Positions 13,025 to 24,764 of a stretch of DNA of 64,000 bases are shown piece after piece. The DNA comes from Felis catus (taxonomy: Eukaryota): positions 154,196,001 through 154,260,000 of the forward strand of contig NC_058368.1 of NCBI RefSeq assembly GCF_018350175.1, given 5' to 3'. Each line of letters begins with the position of its first letter. Position 1 is the first letter of the stretch. A program made the position numbers and the translations under genes. Below the pieces are notes generated by a model. That model made no database searches. It saw only the letters and a list, made by a program, of their open reading frames with translations, and was not told where the DNA came from.

Positions 13025-13463
13025 TCACTTTTGTTAGTTTATATGTTTCTAGGGATTTATCCATTTCTTTTCATTGCCCAATTTGTTGGCGTATAGTTTT
13101 TCATAATATTCTCACATAATAGTATTTCTGTTGTGTTTGTTGTTATTTCTCCTCTCTAATTTGTGATTTTATTGTTTTGGGTCCTTTTTCTTTTCTTTAT
13201 GTTAAGTCTGGCTAGGGGTCCATCAATTATATTAATTTTTTCAAGAAACCCCTTTCTTGTTTCATTAATCTGTTCTGGTTTTTGATGTGGTGGTGGTGGT
13301 TGTGGTTGTTTTATTTGTTTCTATACCATTTATTTCTGATCTAATCTTCATTATTTCCCTTCTTATGCTGGCTTTAGGCTTCATTTTTTGTTCTTTTTCT
13401 AGCTCCTTTAGGTGTAAGATTATATTGTGTATTTGAAAATGTTCCTGCTTCTTGAAGTATTTA

Positions 13464-13499
13464 CATATATACATATATATATACATATATATGTATATA

Positions 13500-13561
<62 letters not shown>
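13464..13561. repeat. (TA)n microsatellite with CA/TG variants
   Basis: Direct reading. Confidence 0.97.
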
Positions 13562-13562
<1 letters not shown>

Positions 13563-14479
13563 TTTTTACTTTGGATTGCTTTTCCTGCATCCCAAATACT
13601 CTGGACCATTGTGTTTCTACTTTCATTTGTTTCTATGTATTTTTTTTTTAGTTTTGTCTTGATTTCCTGCTTGACCCATTCATTGTTTGCTAGTATTTGT
13701 TTAACCTTCATGTATCTGTGGTCTTTCCAAATTTTTTCTTGTGATTGATTTCAAGTTTCATAGTGTTGTCAGAAAATATGCATGGTGTGATCTCAACATT
13801 TTTGTATTTGTTTAGGACTGATTAGTGACCCAGTATTTGATCTATTCTGGAAAATGTCCCATGTGCATTCAAAACGAATGTGCATTCTGCTTCGTTAGGA
13901 GGAAATATTCTGAATATATATGTTAAGTCCATCTGGTCCACTGTGTAATTCAAAGCCATTGTTTCCTTGAGGAGTTTCTGCTTAGATCATCTGTCCATTG
14001 TGGTAAGTGGGGGTGTAAAGTCCCCTAATATTAGTGTATCACTATCAATGAGTTCTTTTTGTTTGTGCTCCCAAGTTAAAGGCATAAATATTTACAATTG
14101 TTAGGTCTTCTTGTTGGGTAGACCCTTCTTCATCTCTTGTTACTGTTTTTGGTTTAAAATATAGTTTGTCTGATATAAGCATGGCTACTCCAGCTTTCTC
14201 TTGATGTCCATTTGTATGATAAATGGTTCTCTATCCCCTTACATTAAATCTGCAGGTGTCTTTAGGTCTCAAATGAGTCTCTTTTAGGCAATATATAGAT
14301 GAGTCTTTTTTTTTAATACATTCTGACACTCGGTGTCTTTGATTGGAAAGTTTAGTTCATTTTCATTCAGTGATTATTGATACATATGAATTTAGGGCCA
14401 TTTTATTATTTGTTTTATAATTGTTTCTGGAGATTTTCTCTGTTCCTTTTTAGTCTTTGTCACTTTTGGTGTTTCTTCC

Positions 14480-15368
14480 CCACTCACAGGCCCCTTTAAT
14501 ATGTCTTGCAGGGCTGGTTTAGTGGTCACAAACTCCTTTAGTTTTTGTTTGTCTAGGAAATTCTGTATCTCTTCTATTTTGAATGATAGTTTTGCTGGAT
14601 AGAGTATTCTTGGCTGCAGGTCTTTCCCATTCAGCACATTAAATATATCATGCCACTGCTTCCGGCCTTCCAAGTTTCTGTGGAGAGGTCTGTTGTTAAT
14701 CTAATTGATCTTCCCGTGTGAATTAGGGACTTCTTATGTCTTGCTGCTTTTAGGAATTTTTTCTTTATATTTTGTAAACTTAGCTACAATATGTCTTGAT
14801 GTTGTCCTGCTTTAATTGATTTTGATGAGAGTTCTATGTCCTTCCTGCATTTGGATGTATTTTTCCTTCCCCAGATTAAGAATGTTTTCAGCTATAATTT
14901 CCTCAAGTAAACATTCTCCTCCCTTGCCCTTGTTTTCTTCTTCTTGGAGTTCTATGATATGAATGTTATTAAGCTGGATGGAGTCACTGAGATCCCTAAG
15001 TCTACTTTCGTGATTCCAGAGTTTTCATTCCCTCTTTCATTCACCTTCATTAATTTCCATAATTCTGTTTTATATATCACTTATTTGTTCCTCTGCTTCT
15101 TCCCTCCTTGTGGTCATTATATCCAGTCAGTTTTGAATCTTGGGTTATTATATTTTACATTTTGGCCTGATTAGTTTTTAGCTCTTTTATTTCTGCAGTG
15201 AGGGTCTCCCTTATGTCGTCTGTGCTTTTCTCAAGCACACCTAGTTTCCTTATGATTGTTGCTTTAAATTCTGGGATAGACATATTATTTTATATCGTTT
15301 TCAATAAGATCCCTGGCCATGACCTTTTCTTTTTTTTTCTTTTAGGATAAATTCCTCTGTCTTGGCAT
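14480..15368 (-). pseudogene. Disrupted L1 ORF1
   Basis: ATGCCAAGACAGAGGAAT at 15368; WHDIFNVLNGKDLQPRILYPAKLSFKI...KPALQDILKG in track ORF 14392-14673. Confidence 0.8.
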
Positions 15369-17499
15369 TTTGTCTTCTTGTGTGTATTCAGAAAGCCTGT
15401 TACGTTTCTTGTTCTTGAGAGTAATGGTTTTATGAAGCTGGCCTGGCACTTCTATTTCTTCGTATTTCCAGGGCCTGGTGCTACAGGACGTGTTTCTAAT
15501 GTGCTGTATGCACTCTGTCGCTGTGTCATAACTGCTCTATCCCTCAGGTCAGTTCTCTGCAAAGGTTCTCCTTGCCTGCAATGTGGAGTGTTTGGGCCTT
15601 GACCACGATGTGAGATTTAACTATCTGTGTGCTGGTCAGCTTGTTAAATAAGACTGAATGCTACTTCCCCTAGAACAGAAGCATTGTAAAACTCTATGAT
15701 CAGTAGACATGGTGCATGCAGGGGTTTGTGCTGGTCTTCTGGATGAGGGGTCTGCTACGCTGGTCAATTGGCACACTTGATTGACAAAAGCAGTACCAGC
15801 AGAGTGCAGTGGGGTGAGACTTGGTGTAGGCAGGTTAGGCAGTCAGTGTTGGTGCCATGTTTTTGACTGAAGTTGTTTTATGCTGAGGGGTGGGGGAGGG
15901 AAATAGCTCCAGTCCACTCCTTTGTCCCTGGAAAGGTGAGTTTGTACTTGCCGCTTTCAGGGAAGCACTTCTGGAAGAGTGAATAATTTCCCCTGGTGCA
16001 TCACAGGCATTTTTCAGATTGCTGATTTCATACTGTTTGTCTTTAGATCACTTGCCTGCATGGAGCACCACAGTGCACTTGGAGCTCTATCCCATATAGG
16101 ACTGCTGACTTTTGTTTGTTTGTTTAAGCCTGATGACTTTTAAAACTCCAACTTTTGGGACCTGGTTTGGTGGGGACCTGGGTGGTGTTCTGTGTTCTGA
16201 GAAATTGTCTCTCTGCTCTGGAACTGGTACAGGTTTGACTCAGAAGGGCAGAGTTCAGGGGCATGGGATTTGGAGCAAGCAGGTGAAATAGCCACTGTTC
16301 ATTCCAATTAGCCACCTTCAGCAGGTCTGAGGTCTCTGCTCCAATGCTAAGAAGGAAGGAGAGGGAAATTTCTCCTTTCAGTTCTTTTGTCTCCAGGAAG
16401 GCAATGCCACCTCTCACAGATGCCCTCCAAAAAAATGAATAGCAGTCTCTCCCCATGCCACTTAGGTGACTCTCAGATTGCACCGTCCAAACTGGGATTG
16501 TTTTCCTGTCTCTGCTCCTGGAGTATGGCATTGTCTTCAGGTCTCTTTCCCAGTCAAGACCTGGGACCTCTGAAACTGAAGTCTTTTAGCCCTTCTGCTT
16601 GCAAAAACTCATGCATATAAACCTCTCTTGCTTTCCCAGCCAATGGCTTTGGGGAAAATTTCTCCTTGCACTTATCCCGGTGTGTTCTATTTTCTCCACA
16701 ACTGAGGTTCCTCCTGCAGTTTGTTCTATCAGTCTTCAGATCAATTTAAGGAGTATACAGAATTATTTGATCGTTACCTAGCTGTGTTCAAGAGATGAGA
16801 CAAGCATCGAGGCCTTCTATGGCACCATCTCAGCTCCTCTCCCCTTCACTACTTTTTGTTTTTATATTGAGGAGAAAGTTCCACTGAGTTGAATAACAAA
16901 GTTTTTTTTTTTTTTTTTTTTTAAGTTTGGAGAAAAAGGAGTTGATTTAATTTCTTCTCATGCTTAGCCCCAAAATTCAGACTTGTTTCAATATGCAATA
17001 TTTTCCAAATTGGGCAAGTCAGAATTTAGTTGTCCCAGCAAATATTCTTGATTGGCAAGCACTAGAATGGAAAGAGATATGTATGTTGGAAATGGTGGAA
17101 AGTTACCTTAGAGTTGTAGTCAACTATTTGGAAGTGATGAATTGAAATTAAAGCCATCTAAAAAAAAAAAGAGAGAGATATCCATTTCCCTTGACCAATA
17201 ATTACTCTCCTGCAGTAAAGTGGAGACTGCTTGTGGCTACCTCTTCCTGAGTTCCCATTCTGTCATCCTGAAAGATATTTTGGATAGATGTCTAAAAATA
17301 CATCTTGGACCAAAATGGAAATTTGGGTAAACAGCATCTAAGATAAAAGGGAAACATTACCAGGCTTCAGGTAGACTTGACTAACCACAATTTTCCTCCT
17401 CTCTAAAACTTACACATGCAGTTGTTCTATTTTATATATTTTTGTTTTGGCTTATTTTATTGCCTATTGGTACACACATCTGCCTCTACCCTCAAGCAC

Positions 17500-17890
17500 A
17501 CTGTGAAGCTGGGAGCCATGTAATATTTGTCTCTACATTATGAATGAGAAGAATAAATACTATCTTACAAAGTTGTTGTAAGGGTTAAATAAATTAATCC
17601 ATTTAACATGTCTTGAATAATATGAGCCACATAAATCTTTTTAATTTTGTATTTATTAAAAAAATTTTAATGTTCATTTATTTTGAGAGAGACAGTGCAT
17701 GTGTGTGTAGGGGGTGTGGGTGGGCAGAGAGAGAAAGGGAGACACAGAATCCGAAGCAGGCTCCAGGTTCTGAGCTGTCAGCAGAGAGCCTGATTCAGGG
17801 CTTGCACTCAAAAGTCATGAGATCATGATCTGAGCCACTGAGTCACACAGGTGCCCTGTATGAGCCACATAAATCTTAGTAAATGTCAGC
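17500..17890 (+). mobile_element. MIR remnant hosting a SINE
   Basis: TACTATCTTACAAAGTTGTTGTAAGGGTTAAATAAATTAATCCA...TAGTAAATGTCAGC matches the MIR 3' half. Confidence 0.6.
17640..17858 (-). mobile_element. CanSINE with a short internal deletion in the tRNA-derived head
   Basis: Perfect 19-bp TSD TATGAGCCACATAAATCTT at 17621-17639 and 17859-17877. Confidence 0.93.
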
Positions 17891-19244
17891 CCTTGTTTTG
17901 ACTAGACCAAAGAGAATTGATGTATTGTTTAAAATCTGCTTCTTCCTAGATTTCTTGACCATATTGAAACTTTTATCTTCACAAAAGAGTTTACTATGTA
18001 AGAAGCTGTTTGAAAACTTTTGTCTTGTTTTCTCCTCTAATTGTAACCAGCTCTAATGGAAACAGGAATGCATTGAATATAATATCATTTCTGCAGGTAA
18101 CTGTGTTTCATACATTTCAATGCTCCTAATGGTCCTACATCTCCTTTAGACAACCCCCAAACATTTAGGTCTTACCCCCACATAGTCTCTTAAACAGAAA
18201 CTGTGATGAAGTGAAGGGCATTTTAACAGAAAAACAAAATTTTCAGGTCGATATTTTCTATTTGCTGACAATAATGAGAGCTGTCAATTTAAAATTGAAT
18301 AACTGTGTGACATGGTTATAAGAAATTTTATGTTTGATAACATGTTTAATTTTCAGATCATTCTTATAAAATAGGTATGTTAATTTCTACTCTTTAAGTA
18401 ACTTGAGGCAGAGAGAAGTTAAATAATAGCACAAAGATTAAAAAATTAATAAATAATGCAGTTTGAATTTAAATCAGGACTACATGTTCATGTTTTATCT
18501 CTTAAAATATGCTGTTTTTTTTTCTATTGGATCCCATTTTTTTATTTGTTGAGATAGTATTTATACCCTGTTTTTATACTGCAAGCATTTTTATCCTTGC
18601 TTATCACCTTGATAAAATTATTCTCTTCTCTTTCATATCTAACTTCATAAAATGGTGCTTAAATAACTCACTAGATATTTTCCCCCCTTATGTAAATCTG
18701 AATTGATATTAAGAGAAGTAAAACATTCTTTCCATGTTCAAATATTTTGGTCTCTCTGAATATTCCCCTTGAGGGGTTCTCTTCCTCTCTACCTCATAAA
18801 TCATGTAATCACTATCCGATTTTGTCATGTCAACTAAGTAGTTATAGATATATCACTAAGTGACATGTGATTTATAGTTCTAGTAGGTAATCTCTGATGG
18901 CAAATATCCTTTAATGTCTTCTTCCATAGGACTAAGTGCCCTTTATTAGGGATTTCTAGAAGTTTAAAAAATTGAATAATAAATTAAAAAAAACATAAAA
19001 TATAATCAGAACTTCTTCAATGCATTCAGTCAATGTGTGTGTGTGCGGGCGCTCTATGTGACCTCTCAACATTTGATTAAATTTTTATTCCTTGAATTTA
19101 AAAGAAAAATACAATTCCTATGTACAACCAGAACATGGGATTGCTATACTGTTTTTTTAAGTCTTAACTTTCATAAGTTTCTAAAACATTTTAATGAGGT
19201 ATTCATATTGCTTTTAATTTAAAAATTAACTATTAAAGATCAAG

Positions 19245-19250
19245 TATATA

Positions 19251-19327
<77 letters not shown>
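19245..19327. repeat. Compound microsatellite (TA)n(GA)n
   Basis: Direct reading. Confidence 0.97.
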
Positions 19328-19328
<1 letters not shown>

Positions 19329-19789
19329 CATATAGCCATCTAAATATTCTTAAAAGATTCAAGAAATGCACCATTTCTTGTACCAATTATTATAAAGAGC
19401 TATTTAAAGGTATTATTTTAACAAGATTAGTACTATACAAATGTATTATTGTAATTCTCACAGTAATTTGAACAGCTGAAATCTATGTCTGAGAACAAAC
19501 ATTTGACTTAGTAGTATAAAAGAATGCCTGTGCATTCTCTAAAAGATATCAGAAATAAAAATCTTTTAAATAATTAAGAGTCTGTGTGAAGTTATAGCTA
19601 CTATTTACTGACATTTCTCTAATTTTTCATGTTTGAGGATACTGTGCCCCTCATGTCTGAGGAAGTGTCCTTTGATTTCATCCCCCAAAAAACCCACCTC
19701 AAAGCAAAAAGAACTTATACAAACCACATTTAATCCCTCTCTCAGACTTGATTTTTTAATGTCCTTTAGCCACATTTCTTTACACTCAT

Positions 19790-20035
19790 ATGTGCCAGGC
19801 CATGTCAGGTTCACTGCAACATTACTGAGACTCGAATTCAAGGGTCCGTGGTTCTATGGTTTATTGAGGGTGCACACTTCACAAAAATGTGTAAAGAAAT
19901 AATAAAGCAAGAAGGGAAATGTGCCCTGAGCAGGGATGAGTTTTCAGATAAAGTCTAGCTTAGCCTTAGCCTGGTCCACAGTGGGGAAGGTACTAGACTG
20001 TAAGCTGGAATTGTGCCCTTCACTCACTCACCCCA
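19790..20035 (-). mobile_element. Ancient ERVL-class LTR fragment (LTR33/LTR16-like)
   Basis: ACTGAGACTCGAATTC...GGTTTATTGAGGGTGC motif order resembles the reverse of LTR33/16; weak. Confidence 0.4.
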
Positions 20036-20499
20036 TCTATCCTATTCCTACTAAGGATGTGGTATGCAAAAATCCTAATCTCTGTTATGTGCATTTACAT
20101 ACTTAATTATAAGTATATGGTTTAAATACAATGGTTTTTAGTATACATATTCCTTGAGATTTTGCTTTTAATGCTTTCTCAGTTTGGCTCGGGAACTTTT
20201 ATCAGTATGTATAGGTTTATGTCACTCTTCTTCCTAGTTGTAGAATATTCCAAGACAGAGTTGCATCATGGTATGCTTATTACTTCTCCATTGATAAAAA
20301 AATATTTCCAAATATTTAATACAAAAGCTAAAGCAATAAACGAGATTTTAGCTTCCCTTTGTGTATGTTTCTATGAAGGGGTAGTAGAGTGTTAATAGAA
20401 CGAGGAGGGTAGAAGATATGAAAGATAAGCAGATTTTTAGTTTGTCTTGTGTATTTCCCCCAAATTGCTACTTTTTAAGTTATCAGAACAAATATTCTT

Positions 20500-21770
20500 T
20501 TAGAAAGTAGAAATAATACCAAGAATGGTATTTAAATGATAATAAAACTATAAGTTAATCATAAAATTATACAAGAAACAAAACCCTTCCAAAAAAACTT
20601 TCAAAACTGTCCATTAAACAAGACTTGCATCAAAGGAGAATGAAAACTGAAATTGAGGAAGTCCTAAAAATAACAACAGTGAAAATCTCTGTATCAAAAT
20701 CTAAGGATACAATTAAGCAGAGTGCAGTAGAAAACTGATAGTATTAAATATTTATCAGAAAAGGGAATAAATGAATTAATGCAAAAATAAAAAAAGTATT
20801 AAATGAAAAGTGAACAAAAGGAAAAGAGGAGCTAGAATATAATAAAATATTCAAAATAAGACAAATAACAAGCCAATAATTAAACAGAAATACTTTAAAA
20901 TCATTAAAATATGAACCATACAGAAATTGAGTCAAGAAAAAGGGAAAGGAATCACATATATATAAAATAATAAGTAAGGAGAAAGTAACCTCTGTGTCAG
21001 AAAATTGCTTACAACTTTATAAGAAATTATTTTGTACAATAAAACTAATTTGAAAACATGTAATAATTTCTTAATAAAAAATATAATTCTCCCAAATCAA
21101 TCCCTACAAGAAAGAAAGTTTAGTTACATCAATTCCCATATGAGACATGCAGAGTTTTCAATTTATAAAAAAGAACCAGGCATAAGAGGTTATGCCGGGG
21201 ACTTTTTCCTAAACTTCATTTTGGTCAAAACTTTCAGTGAAACAATAACATTGTGTTAACTTACATTTCATTGAATATTAATTGGGTGGATAATGTTTTC
21301 ATGTCTTTATGTGGATGTCATGGACAATTTTATTTTTACAGATATTATTTGTTATTTATGTTGCCAGTATTATATTCCAGTCTCTTACATGCTTTTTAAC
21401 ATTGTTTATGGCTACTTTTAAATAGAAGTGCACAATATTAAAGTAATCAACCCTGCGGGCTTTCTTTGCGGTTGGGTCATTCTTCTTGAGCAGGAAGGTC
21501 TTCTCCATCCCAAATTGTAAAAAAATAGCTCCCTTACATTTTCTTTCAATACTTGAAGAGTATTTAAAAAAATAATTTCTGAAATCTGTCTGAGATATAT
21601 TATTGAGTACTGTATGATATAAGGATCTAAACTTAGACTTATCATCATATAGATAACATTGTCCCAATATTATAATTAATATTTTCAACACAGACTTGAA
21701 GTCCTGACTTTAATATAATCATAAATGTTTTTTGTATATTTTTATGTTTGTGAGCTCTATTCCATTTAAT
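20500..21770. mobile_element. Ancient L1M ORF2 fragments (+ strand ~20500-21260, - strand ~21350-21770)
   Basis: A-rich ORF2-like sequence (GTATCAAAATCTAAGGATACAATTAAGCAG) followed by T-rich antisense L1 motifs. Confidence 0.55.
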
Positions 21771-22504
21771 TTGTCATCTTCTGTACTCACTAGCTAACAT
21801 TTTATATCTTTGTAGTATCTTCAGTAATTTTTCTCACATCTATGAAATACATGCATGTGTACAAGATAAATAGTAGATATATAGTAAGATTACAACGAAA
21901 TACAGTGCCCTGCTCTGTTACACTCAACTGCCAGAGGGAGGTACTACTTTTAACTTTATTACTATTGTTTCTTAGAGTGTACTTCTAAATGATAAAAATA
22001 AATTTCAATTTATTGAAATTGATATATATATAGTTTGCTTTGATTCTTCTTGTCTCTTCTCCCTCATCCCAATATATTCACATCACAATTTTTAGCTATT
22101 TTATTGTTTATTGGAACTTGAAAGGATATAGTTAACTCCTTTATTTTTGTTCTATTCACTACAGAGTGATCTCTTAACTCCTGACACTTTAAGAGAAGGG
22201 TATTAGCCCTTCTAGAATTCACCTGTTTCATCTTCCAATTGCTTTCACTTCTTAAATGACTTTTCCCCTTGACTTTTATAGATTGATTCTAGGTCAAATG
22301 TTAATAAACAGTATTATGACTACATAAATATTTCTTACTGATGATCAAAGTAGTTAATAGTAATGTATTTTATTTCTCAGGATGATTTTTAAGAGCAATT
22401 TTAACTAGTTCTTTTTTTTGCAATAACTTTTTTTAAATTGAAGTCCAATAGTTCTTCCACTATTTCTAGAATCATATCAGGTGCACAAAAGCTCTTTTAT
22501 TTCC

Positions 22505-22706
22505 AGGGTGCCTGGGTGGCTCAGTCATTTAAGTGTCCAAATTCAGCTCAGGACATGTTCTCACCGTTAGTGGGTTCGAGCCCCACATTGGGCTCTGTGC
22601 TGACAGCTCAGAGCCTGGAGCCTGCTTCAGATTCTGTGTCTGCCTCTCCCCCACTGCACTCTGTCTCTCTTTTTTTCTTTCAAAAATAAACAAACATTTA
22701 AAAAAA
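22505..22706 (+). mobile_element. CanSINE (SINEC_Fc2-like)
   Basis: GGGTGCCTGGGTGGCTCAGTC head, CTCAGAGCCTGGAGCCTGCTTCAGATTCTGTGTC, A tail. Confidence 0.93.
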
Positions 22707-23227
22707 TTAATCTCTTTTTTTTTTCTTGAAAACACCTCTTAAAATACTCTACCTCCTGCCCTGGTCTGTATCCAGTACTCCCTGGTCCTATTGTTTGTCA
22801 CAAGATTTCTCATAAGAATTCTCTTTTAGCGGATTATATTTTTCCTTATTCTTATATATTTCACTTTGTTCTTCATTTTTCCATTAATTTATTTAGTGAG
22901 AAATTTCTTGCATGCCTGAAATATTTATATTTGCTCTCATACTTTATTCTGTACTATACTCTGTATTACAGCACAGCTTTAAAAAATTTTAATGCAATTG
23001 TGATTAAAAACCTTTATAAGTGATCAGGTTCCTTCTCCCCTTTTTCTCTTTCAATATTTTAGGAAGATTTATCATTTTCCATTTGTTCTTAGGCTTCTGA
23101 AATTTTATGGCAATGTATTTTGATGGGAGTCTGTTGTTGTTTTTATTTGGGTTACTGCGAATTTAATGATATTTTTAATTTTGTAAATCCATGTATTTCC
23201 TTTAACAAGAGAACTAGTAACAACAAC

Positions 23228-23480
23228 ACTAATAAAACTAGCATTTGCATAGTGCTTAATCAACTCCAGATGCTACTCAAAATGCCTTATATATCTGAAC
23301 TTGTGGGATCCTTAAAACAACATAACAGTAAAGGAGGTACTGTTTGTTTTTCATTTTTTAAAGATGAGGAAACATGGAATATAGAGGTTAAATAATTTGC
23401 TAGAAGTTGCATAATCAGTGGTAGCCGAAATTTAACCCAGGAATTAGGGCTTTAGAGTCTCTGTAATTAAATATTAGATA
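23228..23480 (-). mobile_element. Near full-length MIR
   Basis: Core TTTTTTAAAGATGAGGAAACATGGAATATAGAGGTTAAATAATTTGC. Confidence 0.75.
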
Positions 23481-23484
23481 TGAT

Positions 23485-23666
23485 GGGGTGGCTGGGTGGC
23501 TTAGTTAAGCACCTGATTCTTGATTTTGGCTCGGGTCATGATCTCACAGTTCATTAGATTGAGCTGAGCCTCCTGTCAGGCTCCATGCTTGGGATTCTCT
23601 CTTTCCTTCCCTGCCCCTCCCTCACTAGCTCTCATTCTCTTTCTCTACCAAATTAATAAATAAAAA
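23485..23666 (+). mobile_element. Older CanSINE
   Basis: GGGGTGGCTGGGTGGCTTAG head, CT tract, AATAAA tail. Confidence 0.88.
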
Positions 23667-24764
23667 TTTACAAATATCCTCTGTCCAAGTAAAAAGTCTT
23701 ATTATATTGTTTGTTTATTTGCTAGTTTGATAATTACTTCTTACTCATTACATTCATTCTCTTTTGATGGAACTGCTAATACTGCGATTAAGGGACCTCT
23801 TGGATAGAAATTGTAATTCTCTATTATTTGTTTTCTATTCTGCATCATTTTACCCTCTGGTTCCATGTTTAGGTACATTTCTTTATGGTCCATTTATTGA
23901 AATATTTTATTATCACATATGTTTTCTTCTTTCAGTGAGATAAAATTATATCCATTCGAGTACACAGACATTGTACAGTTTACTGAGTTTTTCATTTCAT
24001 GTAAGCATATCAACATAGGGAACACTGTACTTACTCTGGGATGTTCCCTTGTACTTCCTTCTAGTCAGTTTTCCTGCTGGTTCCACAGGTAACTCGTGTT
24101 CTTATTTCTCTCTGTAGAGTACTACTAAGTGTTTTGAATTTCATGGAAATGGAACAATAAGACACACTTCTGGTGTCTGGCTATTTTTCATTTATCACAT
24201 TTTTCTTTTTTTGGCAGTCAATATTGTTGCATTGATCATCGTCCATGTTAATACCGATTGGTAATTTCCTGAAGGAATATACCATGGATTATTCATTATT
24301 CTGTTGGTGGACATTTGAGGTACTTCCAGGTTTTAGTTATTTAGGAAAAGTGCTTCTGTGTACATTTGTGAGAAATCTTTAAACATATGCTTTCCTTTAT
24401 CTTTGGCAAATAACAAAGAGTAGAAAGGTTAGAGGATATGGCAGATGCATGCTTAGCTTTTTAATAAATAGGCAAACTCTTGTGCAGAATTATTTTACCA
24501 TTCACATTTTGTCTAGTAGTATATAAGCACTCAGTTCTTACTAGTTCTCTCCAGTAGTGTACAAGCTTCCAGTTCTCACCAACACTAGATGTGGTCAGTC
24601 TTTTTAATTGGAGAATTTCTAAAAGGTAGATATCACACTGTGATTGTAATTAAAGTTTACCTAATAATTAGTGGTAACCCTTTTTAATGTGCTTGCATTT
24701 ATATGTGCCTTCATATATCTGCTTTGATTGAGAATATGTTCAAATCTTTTGATCATTATTATAT

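Larger units (their letters stand above)
10150..14401 (-). pseudogene. Disrupted L1 ORF2
   Basis: ATGGCCCTAAAT start at 14401; many frameshifts and stops; interrupted by two SINEs and a (TA)n tract. Confidence 0.85.
9900..16844 (-). mobile_element. Older, decayed full-length carnivore LINE-1 (L1_Carn-like): 5'UTR, ORF1, ORF2, 3'UTR
   Basis: 3' end at ~9900; ORF2 fragments ([24 protein letters not shown]); ORF1 C-terminus (LQPRILYPAKLSF); 5' terminus GGGGAGAGGAGCTGAGATGG on -; degenerate TSD TTCACT..TTTTGTTTT at ~7272-7288 and ~16845-16862. Confidence 0.9.

Noticed and set aside
13265..13748. ORFs with long YI/IY runs (also at 5381-5780, 19256-19471, 31241-31423 and 55085-55448)
   Set aside because: They are translations of microsatellites
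18051..18102. 46-nt exon candidate (CCAG...CAG|GTAACT)
   Set aside because: Weak acceptor, short, and no supporting coding signal
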